This document shows, piece after piece, positions 55,304 through 64,000 of a stretch of 64,000 nucleotides of DNA. The number at the start of each line of letters is the position of its first letter. Position 1 is the stretch's first letter. This DNA comes from a virus. Below the pieces are notes generated by a model. The model saw only the letters and a program-made list of their open reading frames with translations, searched no databases and was not told the DNA's origin. The DNA lies in the IMG/VR virus record IMGVR_UViG_3300048577_000342; one strand, given 5' to 3'. The translations under genes were made by a program, and so were the position numbers.

Positions 55304-57000
55304 CCGCCTGGTCCTTCGCCTGTCCCGACTGGGTCGACCGCCTCAAGGCTGGCCGCTCGCTCATCCCGGATCTCCCCCTCGACGAGGCGGAGGCGGCCCG
55401 GGCGGTCGGCATCTTCGACAAGCTCTGCCTGCCGGATGTGCCGGGCACGCCGACCCTCAGGGAGGCCGCCGGAGACTGGGCCCGCGACATCGTCCGCGCC
55501 GCGTTCGGTTCCCTCGACCGGGAGACCATGCACCGCCACGTCGCCGAGATATTCGCCCTGGTGCCGAAGAAGAACTCGAAGACGACCTACATCGGCGGCG
55601 CCGTCGGCGTCGTCGCCATGCTCGCCAACAAGCGCCCGCGCGCCGAGATGCTCTTCATCGGGCCGACGCAGGAGATTGCCGACCTCGCCTTCCAGCAGGC
55701 ATCCGGCATGATCGCCTCGGATCCTGAAGGCTACTTGCAGAAGCGCTTCCACGTCGTCGAGCACCAGAAGACGATCGTCGACCGGCTCACCAAGGCCAAG
55801 CTGAAGATCAAGACCTTCGACCTGAAGGTCCTCACCGGCGCCAAGCCTGTCGTCGTCATCGTCGACGAGCTGCACATCATGTCCCAGCTCTCCTACGCCT
55901 CCCGCGTCCTCGGCCAGCTGCGCGGCGGCCTCATCCCGAACCCCGAGAGCCTCCTCATCATGATCACCACCCAGTCGGACGATGTCCCGGCCGGCGTTTT
56001 CAAGACCGAACTCGACTATGCCCGCGGCGTCCGCGACGGCCGCATTACCGAGGACGTCCGCATGCTGCCGATCCTCTACGAGTTCCCCGAGGACATGCAG
56101 GCCTCCGGCGCCTGGCGTGATCCCTCCGTCTGGCCCATGGTCCTGCCCAATCTCGGCCGCTCCATCACGATCGAGCGCCTCCTCCCCGAATATCGCGGTG
56201 CTCGCGACAAGGGGCTGGAAGAGGAGCGCCGGTGGGCCTCGCAGCATCTCAACGTCGAGATCGGCATGGGTCTGCACTCCGCCCGGTGGCGCGGCGCCGA
56301 CCACTGGCTCGACGCCGCCGACGAGCAACTCGCGGATCTCGACGCCTTCCTCGCGCGCTGCGACGTCGTCACCGCCGGCGTCGACGGTGGCGGCCTCGAC
56401 GACATGCTCGCCCTCGGCCTCATCGGCCGATGCCGTAGCACGCGCGACTGGCTCTCGTGGAACCGCGCCTGGCTGCAGCGCTCGGTGCTGGCCCTGCGCA
56501 AGGACATCGCCGAGCGTCTCGAAGGCTTCGGCCGCGATGGAGATCTCGTCCTTTGCGACGACGCCACCGAGGACATCATGGGCCTCGTCGACATCGTCGA
56601 GCGCGTCCGCGACGCGGGCCTGCTGCCGAACGAGAACGGCGTCGGCCTCGACCCCTACGGCGTCGCCGCCCTGGTCGACGAGTTCGCCGCGCGCGGCATC
56701 ACCGTACCGACCCTTGTCTCGGTTGGGCAGGGCACGCGGCTGTCGCCGGCGGTCTGGGGTCTCGAGCGCAAGCTCAACGACGGCACTTTCTGGCATGGCG
56801 GCCGTCCGCTCATGACCTGGTGCGTCGGCAACGCGAAGGCGGAACAGCGGGGCAATGCGGTGCTGATCACAAAGCAGACGGCCGGCAAGGCGAAGATCGA
56901 CCCGCTGGTGGCAACGTTCAACGCCGCCATGCTGATGGCCAAGAACCCCGAAGCCATCGGCCGCAGCGTCTATGAGACGCGCGGCGTGCTGGTGCTCTGA
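55300..57000 (+). CDS. terL: Terminase large subunit B
   Basis: PKKNSKT Walker A variant, VIVDELH, GVDGGGLDD, KIDPLVA. Confidence 0.9.
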   Translation: MTAWSFACPDWVDRLKAGRSLIPDLPLDEAEAARAVGIFDKLCLPDVPGTPTLREAAGDWARDIVRAAFGSLDRETMHRHVAEIFALVPKKNSKTTYIGGAVGVVAMLANKRPRAEMLFIGPTQEIADLAFQQASGMIASDPEGYLQKRFHVVEHQKTIVDRLTKAKLKIKTFDLKVLTGAKPVVVIVDELHIMSQLSYASRVLGQLRGGLIPNPESLLIMITTQSDDVPAGVFKTELDYARGVRDGRITEDVRMLPILYEFPEDMQASGAWRDPSVWPMVLPNLGRSITIERLLPEYRGARDKGLEEERRWASQHLNVEIGMGLHSARWRGADHWLDAADEQLADLDAFLARCDVVTAGVDGGGLDDMLALGLIGRCRSTRDWLSWNRAWLQRSVLALRKDIAERLEGFGRDGDLVLCDDATEDIMGLVDIVERVRDAGLLPNENGVGLDPYGVAALVDEFAARGITVPTLVSVGQGTRLSPAVWGLERKLNDGTFWHGGRPLMTWCVGNAKAEQRGNAVLITKQTAGKAKIDPLVATFNAAMLMAKNPEAIGRSVYETRGVLVL

Positions 57001-57002
57001 CC

Positions 57003-58289
57003 ATGGCCGGATCCTCGATCCCCTCGTCCTATCCGGTGGCGCCGCGCACCTCCGTGCCCATCGTCTCGCCGCGCGCCGCGACGCAGTCCGCCGGCGGCGG
57101 AACCCTGATCACCACCGCGGCCGAGCTGGCGGCCTTCCTGACCGAAGGCAATGCCACCCGCTCCGGCGTCCCGGTCACGCCAGAGCGATCGCTTGCAGAT
57201 CCCACCGTCTTCGGCTGCGTCCGCCTCATCACCTCTGCAGTCGGCACCATGCCGCTCGACATCAAGCGGCGCATCGATGATCGCCGGCGCGAGGATGCCT
57301 CCGACACCCGCCTCTGGCAGCTCATGCGCCGGCGGCCGAACCGCTGGCAGAAGCCGCACCAGTTCCGCCGCATGCTCCAGGCCCATGTCCTGCTGCGCGG
57401 CAACGCCTACTGCCTGATCGTCCGCTCCCGCGGCGAGATCCTGGAGCTGGTGCCGCTGCATCCCGACAGGGTCGAGCCGAAGCAGGGTGCGGACCTCAGG
57501 GTCGAGTATCACTATCGCCGCCCGGATGGCGGCCTCACCATCTTCCAGGCCCGCGAGATCTTCCACCTCTTCGGCCTGTCGCTGGACGGCATTCGGGGCG
57601 TCACCCCGCTCACCTATGCCCGCGAGACCGTCGGCCTGTCGCTGGCCATGGCCGAGCACGGCGCGTCCATGTTCGCCAACGGCGCCCGCGTTCCCGGCTA
57701 CCTGAAGCATCCGGGCCGCCTCGGACCCGAAGCCGTCGCCGGTATCAAGTCGAGCCTCGAGGAATATCGCTCGGGCGGCGAGCGCGAAGGCCGCGAACTC
57801 GTCCTCGAAGAGGGCATGGAATACGTCCAGCTCGGCCTGACATCCGTCGATGCCCAGTGGATCGAGAGCCGCCGCTTCTCCCGCACCGACCTCGCCATGT
57901 TCTACGGCGTGCCGCCCTTCCTCCTGGGCGACACCGAGAAGTCGACCAGCTGGGGCACCGGCCTCGAACAGCAGAAGGACGGCTTCGTCGCCTTCGGCCT
58001 CGAGGACCACCTGACCATGTGGGAGGAGGGGATCACGATCGACCTCTCCGAGGATCCGGCCATCTACGCTCGCTTCGTCCGGTCGGCCCTCGTTCGCGGC
58101 GACACCAAGGCTCGCTGGGAAGCCTATGCGCGGCAGCTCCAGTGGGGTGTCCGCAACCCGAACGAGATCCGCGCCCTCGAGGACGAGAACCCCCGCGAGG
58201 GCGGCGACCGCTACTACGACCCGCCGAACCAGGCGGGTGGCCAGACCGATAGCCCGGAGACCGGCAATGACCCTTCGCAAGCTGCCTGA
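57003..58289 (+). CDS. HK97-family portal protein
   Basis: 5 aa differences from 15734-17020. Confidence 0.95.
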   Translation: MAGSSIPSSYPVAPRTSVPIVSPRAATQSAGGGTLITTAAELAAFLTEGNATRSGVPVTPERSLADPTVFGCVRLITSAVGTMPLDIKRRIDDRRREDASDTRLWQLMRRRPNRWQKPHQFRRMLQAHVLLRGNAYCLIVRSRGEILELVPLHPDRVEPKQGADLRVEYHYRRPDGGLTIFQAREIFHLFGLSLDGIRGVTPLTYARETVGLSLAMAEHGASMFANGARVPGYLKHPGRLGPEAVAGIKSSLEEYRSGGEREGRELVLEEGMEYVQLGLTSVDAQWIESRRFSRTDLAMFYGVPPFLLGDTEKSTSWGTGLEQQKDGFVAFGLEDHLTMWEEGITIDLSEDPAIYARFVRSALVRGDTKARWEAYARQLQWGVRNPNEIRALEDENPREGGDRYYDPPNQAGGQTDSPETGNDPSQAA

Positions 58290-59121
58290 GGCCCGCGCCT
58301 TCGCGCGTCCGCAGAACTTTCAGTGGGACGCTCCGGCCGACGTGCTCGCCCGCTGGGCCGCCTCGCCGCTCGCTGCCGACAGTGCCGACGAGACGACGAT
58401 CACCATGTTCGACGTCATCGGCGAGGACTGGTGGACCGGCGCCGGCGTCACCGCCAAGCGCGTCTCGGCGGCGTTGCGGGCCATCGGCTCGCGCGACGTG
58501 ACGGTGAAGATCAACTCGCCGGGAGGCGACCTCTTCGAGGGGATCGCGATCTACAACCTTCTGCGCGCCCATCCCGCCAGGGTGAAAGTCGAGGTGCTGG
58601 GCTATGCCGCCTCGGCCGCCTCCATCATCGCCATGGCAGGTGACGAGATCCGCATGGGGCTCGGCACCTTCATGATGATCCACAATGCCTGGGGCGTCGT
58701 CATCGGCAACAGACACGACCTCGCCGAAGCCTCGAAGCTCTTCGAGCAGTTCGATGCGGCGATCGCCGACGTCTACGAGGCGCGCTCCGGCATGAAGCGC
58801 GCCGACATCGAGGCGCTCATGGACGCCGAAGCCTGGATGGCGCCGTCCGAGGCGGTCGCGAACGGCTTTGCCGATTCCGTCGACGAGGCCCTCGTGGCTC
58901 CCGCCGCGGAACCGTCCAACAAGACTGACCGCGGGTTGATGGCCCGCCGCCAGACCGAGGCGGCCCTCGCCCGCGCCGGCTACAGCCGGCAGGCGCGGAC
59001 CGACATGCTCTCCCAGATGATGGCCGCTCAGCGCGATGCAGGCGGCCATGCCACGCGTGATGCAGGCGACCCTCTCGATCTCGCTGCCGTTCGGCAGCTG
59101 ATCGCCACCCTGAAAACCTGA
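58267..59121 (+). CDS. ClpP-type prohead protease
   Basis: 2 aa differences from the copy at 16998. Confidence 0.9.
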   Translation: MTLRKLPEARAFARPQNFQWDAPADVLARWAASPLAADSADETTITMFDVIGEDWWTGAGVTAKRVSAALRAIGSRDVTVKINSPGGDLFEGIAIYNLLRAHPARVKVEVLGYAASAASIIAMAGDEIRMGLGTFMMIHNAWGVVIGNRHDLAEASKLFEQFDAAIADVYEARSGMKRADIEALMDAEAWMAPSEAVANGFADSVDEALVAPAAEPSNKTDRGLMARRQTEAALARAGYSRQARTDMLSQMMAAQRDAGGHATRDAGDPLDLAAVRQLIATLKT

Positions 59122-59132
59122 AGGAGCTTCCG

Positions 59133-60518
59133 ATGAAGCGCTCTTACGTCGTGGCCGCGCTGGGCGCGGCCGCCCTGCTCTGCGTCTGCCTGCTGGCAAC
59201 GCTTCCCGCCGATCTTCCCGCCGGCGTCGCCGGTCTCGTCCAGGCGGGCGCACTCATGCCCGTCGTCGCCTCCCGGCCCCGCGGCCTCGTCGCCGTCCGG
59301 GCCGACCAGACGCCGGCCCAGATCATCGCCGAGCTGAATCGCGCCTTCGAGGCCTTCAAGTCCGAGCACTCGAAAGAGATGGCCGATGTGAAGAAGGCGA
59401 TGGGCGATGTCGTCCAGACCGAGAAGGTCGATCGCATCAACGCCGAGATCACCAAGCTTCAGGCGGCGATGGACGAGATGAACGCCTCGGTGGCCGCAGC
59501 CCGGCTCGGTGGCGGTGGCGGCGCCCAGGCGCTGACGGCCGACCAGCGCGCCCATGCGACGGCTTTCGACCGCTTCTTCCGCATGGGTGTGGACAACGGC
59601 CTGCGCGACCTCGAGGTCAAGGCCTCGCTGCAGACCCAGTCGGATCCGGACGGCGGTTATGTCGTGCCGGTGCAGCAGGAGCAGACGATCGACCGTGTCC
59701 TGGCGACCGTCTCGGCCATGCGCCAGCTCGCGACCATCCGGCAGGTCTCGTCGAAGAGCTACAAGAAGCTCGTCAATCTCGGCGGTGCCGGCTCCGGCTG
59801 GGTCGGCGAGACCGGCCAGCGCCCCCAGACGGGCACCCCCGAGCTTGCGCAGCTGGAGTATCCGGTCATGGAACTTTACGCCAACCCGGCGGCGACCCAG
59901 ACCGTGCTCGACGATGCCGCCATCGATCTCGGCGCCTGGCTCGCCGACGAGGTGGCGATCACCTTCGCCGAGCAGGAGGCCGGGGCCTTTATCTCCGGCA
60001 GCGGCGTCAACCGGCCCCGCGGCCTGCTGGCCTATGACACCGTGGCCAACGCCTCCTACGCCTGGGGCAAGCTCGGCTTCATCGTCACCGGTGCTGCTGC
60101 GGACTTCGCCACGACCGATCCGGCCGACGCCTTCATCGATCTCGTCTACGGGATCAAGCAGGGCTACCGCCAGAACGCCTCCTTCCTCATGAACCGCACG
60201 GTCCAGGGCAAGGTGCGCAAGTTCAAGGACGGCAACGACAACTATCTGTGGCAGCCCTCGGCGGAGCAGGGCCAGCCCGCGACCTTCATCGGCTACCCGA
60301 TCGCCGATGACGACAACATGCCGGACGTCGGCGCCAATGCCTTCCCGGTGGCCTTCGGCGACTTCCGCCGCGGCTACCTGATCGTCGACCGCATCGGCAT
60401 CCGCGTCCTGCGCGACCCCTACACCAACAAGCCCTACGTCCACTTCTACACGACCAAGCGCGTGGGCGGCGGCGTCCAGAACTTCGAGGCCATCAAGCTG
60501 CTGAAGTGCTCGACCTGA
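59133..60518 (+). CDS. HK97-fold major capsid protein
   Basis: Identical to 17864-19249. Confidence 0.95.
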   Translation: MKRSYVVAALGAAALLCVCLLATLPADLPAGVAGLVQAGALMPVVASRPRGLVAVRADQTPAQIIAELNRAFEAFKSEHSKEMADVKKAMGDVVQTEKVDRINAEITKLQAAMDEMNASVAAARLGGGGGAQALTADQRAHATAFDRFFRMGVDNGLRDLEVKASLQTQSDPDGGYVVPVQQEQTIDRVLATVSAMRQLATIRQVSSKSYKKLVNLGGAGSGWVGETGQRPQTGTPELAQLEYPVMELYANPAATQTVLDDAAIDLGAWLADEVAITFAEQEAGAFISGSGVNRPRGLLAYDTVANASYAWGKLGFIVTGAAADFATTDPADAFIDLVYGIKQGYRQNASFLMNRTVQGKVRKFKDGNDNYLWQPSAEQGQPATFIGYPIADDDNMPDVGANAFPVAFGDFRRGYLIVDRIGIRVLRDPYTNKPYVHFYTTKRVGGGVQNFEAIKLLKCST

Positions 60519-60617
60519 GGATGAGCGCGGGCGGGACGATCTCCCGCCCGCCTGTTCCATGACTTCGCCTGGCTGAGCTCCCAGCCGCCCTCCACCGCTT
60601 CCACAAGGAACCGTCCC

Positions 60618-61055
60618 ATGAAGGACCTTCACTCCGGAGTGTCGCTCGCCGTCCTGATCGGCGCCGCCACCCTCTCCGCCGACAACACGCCGGCGGCCGT
60701 CGATCTCAAGGGCGCCGATGCGGCCGAGATTATCCTGCAGGTCGGTGCCGGCGGCATCACCTTCTCCGGCACCAACAAGATCGAGTTCAAGCTCACGCAC
60801 TCGGACGACGACTCGACCTACGAGGACGTCGAGACCGCCGACATGCTCGGCGTCACTGTCGCCTCCGGCGGTATCATCAAGTCGCTCGTCGCGGCCCATG
60901 CCGCCGCGGCGGCCTATCGCTACGGCTACATCGGCGGCAAGCGCTACCTGAAGCTCCTCGCGGACTTTTCCGGCACCCACGGCAGCGGCACGCCCATCGC
61001 CGCGACCGTGGTGAAGGGCGCGCTCTCCATCCAGCCCGCCGCCGACCAGGCCTGA
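60618..61055 (+). CDS. Virion protein, possibly head decoration
   Basis: Identical to 19349-19786. Confidence 0.55.
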   Translation: MKDLHSGVSLAVLIGAATLSADNTPAAVDLKGADAAEIILQVGAGGITFSGTNKIEFKLTHSDDDSTYEDVETADMLGVTVASGGIIKSLVAAHAAAAAYRYGYIGGKRYLKLLADFSGTHGSGTPIAATVVKGALSIQPAADQA

Positions 61056-61126
61056 TCCCTCATCACCCATGAAACCGCAAGGTCGGGACGGTCCATCCGT
61101 CCCGCGCCATGCCAGAGGAGAGACCC

Positions 61127-61336
61127 ATGACCATCAAGGTCATCAAGCCGTTCAAGGGCGTGCCCGACGGCGAAGTGCATCCGCGCCAGTTCAATCCCGG
61201 CGACATCGTCAGCGGCTCCCTCGCCGCCGTCGCGCTCGCCGAGAAGTGGGCGAAGGATATGTCGAAGGCCAAGGCGGAAGAGACGCCGCCGCCTGCCACG
61301 GCGAACCCCGTCACGACGCCGCCCTCGGCGACCTGA
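61127..61336 (+). CDS. Small head-associated protein
   Basis: Identical to 19858-20067. Confidence 0.55.
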   Translation: MTIKVIKPFKGVPDGEVHPRQFNPGDIVSGSLAAVALAEKWAKDMSKAKAEETPPPATANPVTTPPSAT

Positions 61337-61339
61337 TCC

Positions 61340-61891
61340 ATGTATGCCCCGGAAAGAGTGGCTGGGCCCGAAGCCCAGCCGGTCACGCGCGGCGAGGCCA
61401 AGGCCCACCTGCGCATCGAGACCGACGAGGATGATGCACTGATCGACGGCCTCATCGAGACCGCGACGGCGCATTTCGACGGCTGGACCGGCGTGCTCGG
61501 CCGTTGCCTCGTCACCCAGACCTGGCGGCTGAAGCTGGACCGGTTCTGCGATCCGATCCGCCTGCCCATGCCGGCATCGGCGATCTCCGCGATCATCTCT
61601 GGCGGGGACGCCGTCTCGGCCAGCGTCTACGAGCTGCTGCACGATGCCGCCGGATCCTACGTCACCCGCAAGGACGGGCAGTCCTGGCCGACGGTGCCTT
61701 CCGGCAACGCCAAGGTGGCGGTGGATTTCGTCGCGGGCTACGGCGCCGCCGCTGCGGTGCCGCTGCCGATCCGCACGGCCATCCTCATCCTTGTCGGTCA
61801 CCTCTATGACAACCGCGGCGGCTCCAACCAGGGCGGCCCTCCTGCCGTCCTGGACGTGCTGATCCGTCCCTATCGCCGCGTGACCGTCTGA
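61340..61891 (+). CDS. Head-tail connector
   Basis: Identical to 20071-20622. Confidence 0.9.
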   Translation: MYAPERVAGPEAQPVTRGEAKAHLRIETDEDDALIDGLIETATAHFDGWTGVLGRCLVTQTWRLKLDRFCDPIRLPMPASAISAIISGGDAVSASVYELLHDAAGSYVTRKDGQSWPTVPSGNAKVAVDFVAGYGAAAAVPLPIRTAILILVGHLYDNRGGSNQGGPPAVLDVLIRPYRRVTV

Positions 61892-62256
61892 TGCCCGACA
61901 TCATCGGCCTGCTCTCCTCCCGCGTCTCGTTCCACCGGGCCTATGAGGCCGAGGGGGCGATGGGCCGCAAGGTCGGGGTGAGGATCTGCATCGACGAGCG
62001 CTGGGCCTCGGTCCGGCCGGATCGCGGCACCACGGCGCTGGAAGGCCAGGTGCCGGTGGACCGCTGCGACCTCATCGTCACCCTGCGCACCGGCGGCATC
62101 GTCGATCAGCTGACGATCGAGGACCGCCTCGTCTACCCGGCCCGCTCCGGCGACTGGTACCGCATCACGTCGATCGAGCCTGCCAACCGGCAGATCGGCC
62201 GCCGCACGCTCTACTGCGTCCGCGAGGCGCGGCCCTCGCCCGCCGACGACGCCTGA
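61891..62256 (+). CDS. Head closure protein
   Basis: Identical to 20622-20987. Confidence 0.65.
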   Translation: MPDIIGLLSSRVSFHRAYEAEGAMGRKVGVRICIDERWASVRPDRGTTALEGQVPVDRCDLIVTLRTGGIVDQLTIEDRLVYPARSGDWYRITSIEPANRQIGRRTLYCVREARPSPADDA

Positions 62257-62299
62257 CACCCGCCATCCGTTCCCGCTTCTCAACCACCAGGAGGCCGCC

Positions 62300-62806
62300 A
62301 TGGGCGCGCAGCTCGACATCGCCGTGCAGATTCTCGGCAGCTACACCGGGTCCAACGACATCGCCGCCGTCGCCGCGTCCTTCTCCAAGCGCAAGGCGCT
62401 GGGCTTCACCTCCGGCACCGGCGCCGGCCAGGCCGACAAGGTCTTCTCCGACACCCGGTCGATCCCCGCCTCGTCCAACGACGACATCGACCTCGCCGGC
62501 TCGCTCGTCGATCCGCTCGGCGCCGCGGTGACCTTCGCCGGCATCAAGGCGATCTACATCGAGGCCGACGCCGCCAACGTCAACGACGTCGTCGTCGGTG
62601 GCCACGACACCGCCTCCTTCCTTGGTCCCTTCGCCGATGCCTCCGACAAGGTGAAGCTGAAGGCCGGCGAGGTGCTGCTGGTCACCAACCGCAGCGCAGC
62701 CGGCTGGCCCGTCACCGCCACCACGGCCGACATCCTGCGCATCGCCAATGGCGGCTCGGGCTCGGCCGTCGGCTATTCCATCATCCTGATCGGCGACAGC
62801 GCGTAA
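62300..62806 (+). CDS. Virion structural protein
   Basis: Identical to 21031-21537. Confidence 0.6.
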   Translation: MGAQLDIAVQILGSYTGSNDIAAVAASFSKRKALGFTSGTGAGQADKVFSDTRSIPASSNDDIDLAGSLVDPLGAAVTFAGIKAIYIEADAANVNDVVVGGHDTASFLGPFADASDKVKLKAGEVLLVTNRSAAGWPVTATTADILRIANGGSGSAVGYSIILIGDSA

Positions 62807-63261
62807 TGGCGATCTACGGCCTCGCGGCCCGGGCGCTGCTCTTCGCGGCCCCCAGCATTCCGGCAGCCACGGCAGCCGCCGGGGTGCTGGGCGTCATCGA
62901 AACGCTCACCGGCCTGAAAAAGGTCTGGTCGAGCATCGTCACCCTCGCCAGTGGCGGTGACGAGCGGCTGGCGAAGGAAATCGTCGCCCTGCAGCGCGAG
63001 CGCGGGCCAGACGACACCTTCACCCTCGAGCGCGGCACCGACTGGCGGCGCGAGGGCGACGAGATCGTCATCACCGCCTCGGCCGTCCGCCGGCTCACCT
63101 CGGGCGACAGTGACGATTACGCATGGTTCGTCGAGCGCGGCACCGACGACACCGAGGCGCAGCCCTACTTCTGGGATTCGGCGGCGGAGAGGTTCGCCGC
63201 CTGGGGTCGCGACATGGACCAGATCCTCGATACGGCCGCCGCCGAGTTCAACGCAGGGTGA
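62806..63261 (+). CDS. HK97 gp10-like neck protein
   Basis: Identical to 21537-21992. Confidence 0.7.
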   Translation: MAIYGLAARALLFAAPSIPAATAAAGVLGVIETLTGLKKVWSSIVTLASGGDERLAKEIVALQRERGPDDTFTLERGTDWRREGDEIVITASAVRRLTSGDSDDYAWFVERGTDDTEAQPYFWDSAAERFAAWGRDMDQILDTAAAEFNAG

Positions 63262-63264
63262 TCC

Positions 63265-63468
63265 ATGCGCTACCGCGTCACCGAAAACCGCGTCATGAGC
63301 GGCTACGAGCTGAAGGCCTCCTTCCTCTATGAGGCCGGGCAGATCGTCGACGACACGGTGGATCCGCCCGATCATGTCGAGCGGCTTCTCGCCGCCGGCG
63401 TGCTCGAGCCGATCACCGAGGATCCGCCGCCGCCTGCGCCCGCCCGCCGCGGGAGGGCCGCATCATGA
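63265..63468 (+). CDS. Small phage protein
   Basis: Identical to 21996-22199. Confidence 0.55.
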   Translation: MRYRVTENRVMSGYELKASFLYEAGQIVDDTVDPPDHVERLLAAGVLEPITEDPPPPAPARRGRAAS

Positions 63469-63878
63469 GCCTGTCGCCGGAAGAGGCGGTGGGCGCCGCC
63501 GTCGCCGCCCTCGCGAAGTCGGCGCTCGCCCCGCTCGCCTTCTATGACTACGTTCCGGCGGATGGCGAGCTGCGCACGCCTCTCGCCGCCCTCGGCGTCG
63601 TCGGCTCGCAGCGCCAGCACGGCAACCGCTGCGGCAAGGTCTGGCAGGTGTCCTTCCGCCTGCACCTCATGTCCAAGGCCTCCGGCCGCGAGGATGCCTG
63701 GCGCTGGCTCCAGAAGCTGCGCGATGCCCTCGATGGCCAGACCCTCGCGCTGGCCGATCCCTATGCCGCCGAGACGCGCCTCAGGGAGCAGCGCGCCGGC
63801 GATGCCGCCGACCGGCTCCAGGCCTTCAACCACGCCTTCATCCAGTTCGAGCTGACGGTCTCCCGCCCGCTCGCGTGA
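63465..63878 (+). CDS. Tail completion protein
   Basis: Identical to 22196-22609. Confidence 0.7.
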   Translation: MSLSPEEAVGAAVAALAKSALAPLAFYDYVPADGELRTPLAALGVVGSQRQHGNRCGKVWQVSFRLHLMSKASGREDAWRWLQKLRDALDGQTLALADPYAAETRLREQRAGDAADRLQAFNHAFIQFELTVSRPLA

Positions 63879-63904
63879 TCTCGCCAAACCCAACGGAGGG
63901 CCGC

Positions 63905-64000
63905 ATGACCGCCAACACTCTCATTGAGACCGAACTGCACCAGCTCTTCCTGTCGGATGGCACCGAAGGCGCCGGGCGCTTCAAGTTCATGTGCTATGTC
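63905..64000 (+). CDS. Tail tube protein, 5' part (cut by the window edge)
   Basis: MTANTLIETELHQLFLSDG, identical to the start at 22636. Confidence 0.75.
   Translation, partial: MTANTLIETELHQLFLSDGTEGAGRFKFMCYV

Larger units (their letters stand above)
17472..58740. mobile_element. Complete, circularly permuted 41,269-bp phage B unit with an internal attP
   Basis: One full gene set (head, tail, lysis, attP, int, early, replication, terminase, portal) between the repeat copies. Confidence 0.65.
56980..64000 (+). repeat. Long direct repeat, copy 2
   Basis: Matches 15711-22731; runs off the window end. Confidence 0.95.

Noticed and set aside
55560-55600. Deviant Walker A (PKKNSKT) as a sign that TerL-B is inactive
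   Set aside because: This variant occurs in a known terminase subgroup, and the Walker B and nuclease motifs are intact

Overview
High-GC alphaproteobacterial DNA that is almost entirely temperate phage. It holds two HK97/lambda-like siphoprophage genomes in the same orientation. Element A starts at a dusA 5' fragment (RFSVAPMMDW, 57-161), a known target of dusA-associated integrases. It continues with a DUF262+HEPN cargo pair, a PrtN/ParB/TSCPD left operon, a CI/Cro switch, MT-A70 methylase, replication genes, a NusG-paralogue antiterminator, a pentapeptide-repeat moron, HNH-TerS-TerL, portal, protease and capsid. Tail, lysis, an MmgR/suhB-like sRNA, a LexA-boxed Dam methylase and two low-GC Zn-module genes follow. 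Next comes a tRNA-3'-end att core flanked on both sides by arm-like repeats, a tyrosine integrase, and the left arm, immunity, replication, packaging and head-tail genes of element B. A and B have different repressors, operators, origin iterons and terminases. They share a direct repeat (15711-22731 / 56980-64000, offset 41269) that appears identical from 17472/58741 onward. The left boundary (dusA) and the central att (tRNA) belong to different integration systems. The most economical reading is therefore a complete 41,269-bp phage circle with an intact attP, nested inside a dusA prophage through the shared virion module. An assembly chimera would look the same. Product calls come from motif recognition only; no database searches were run.
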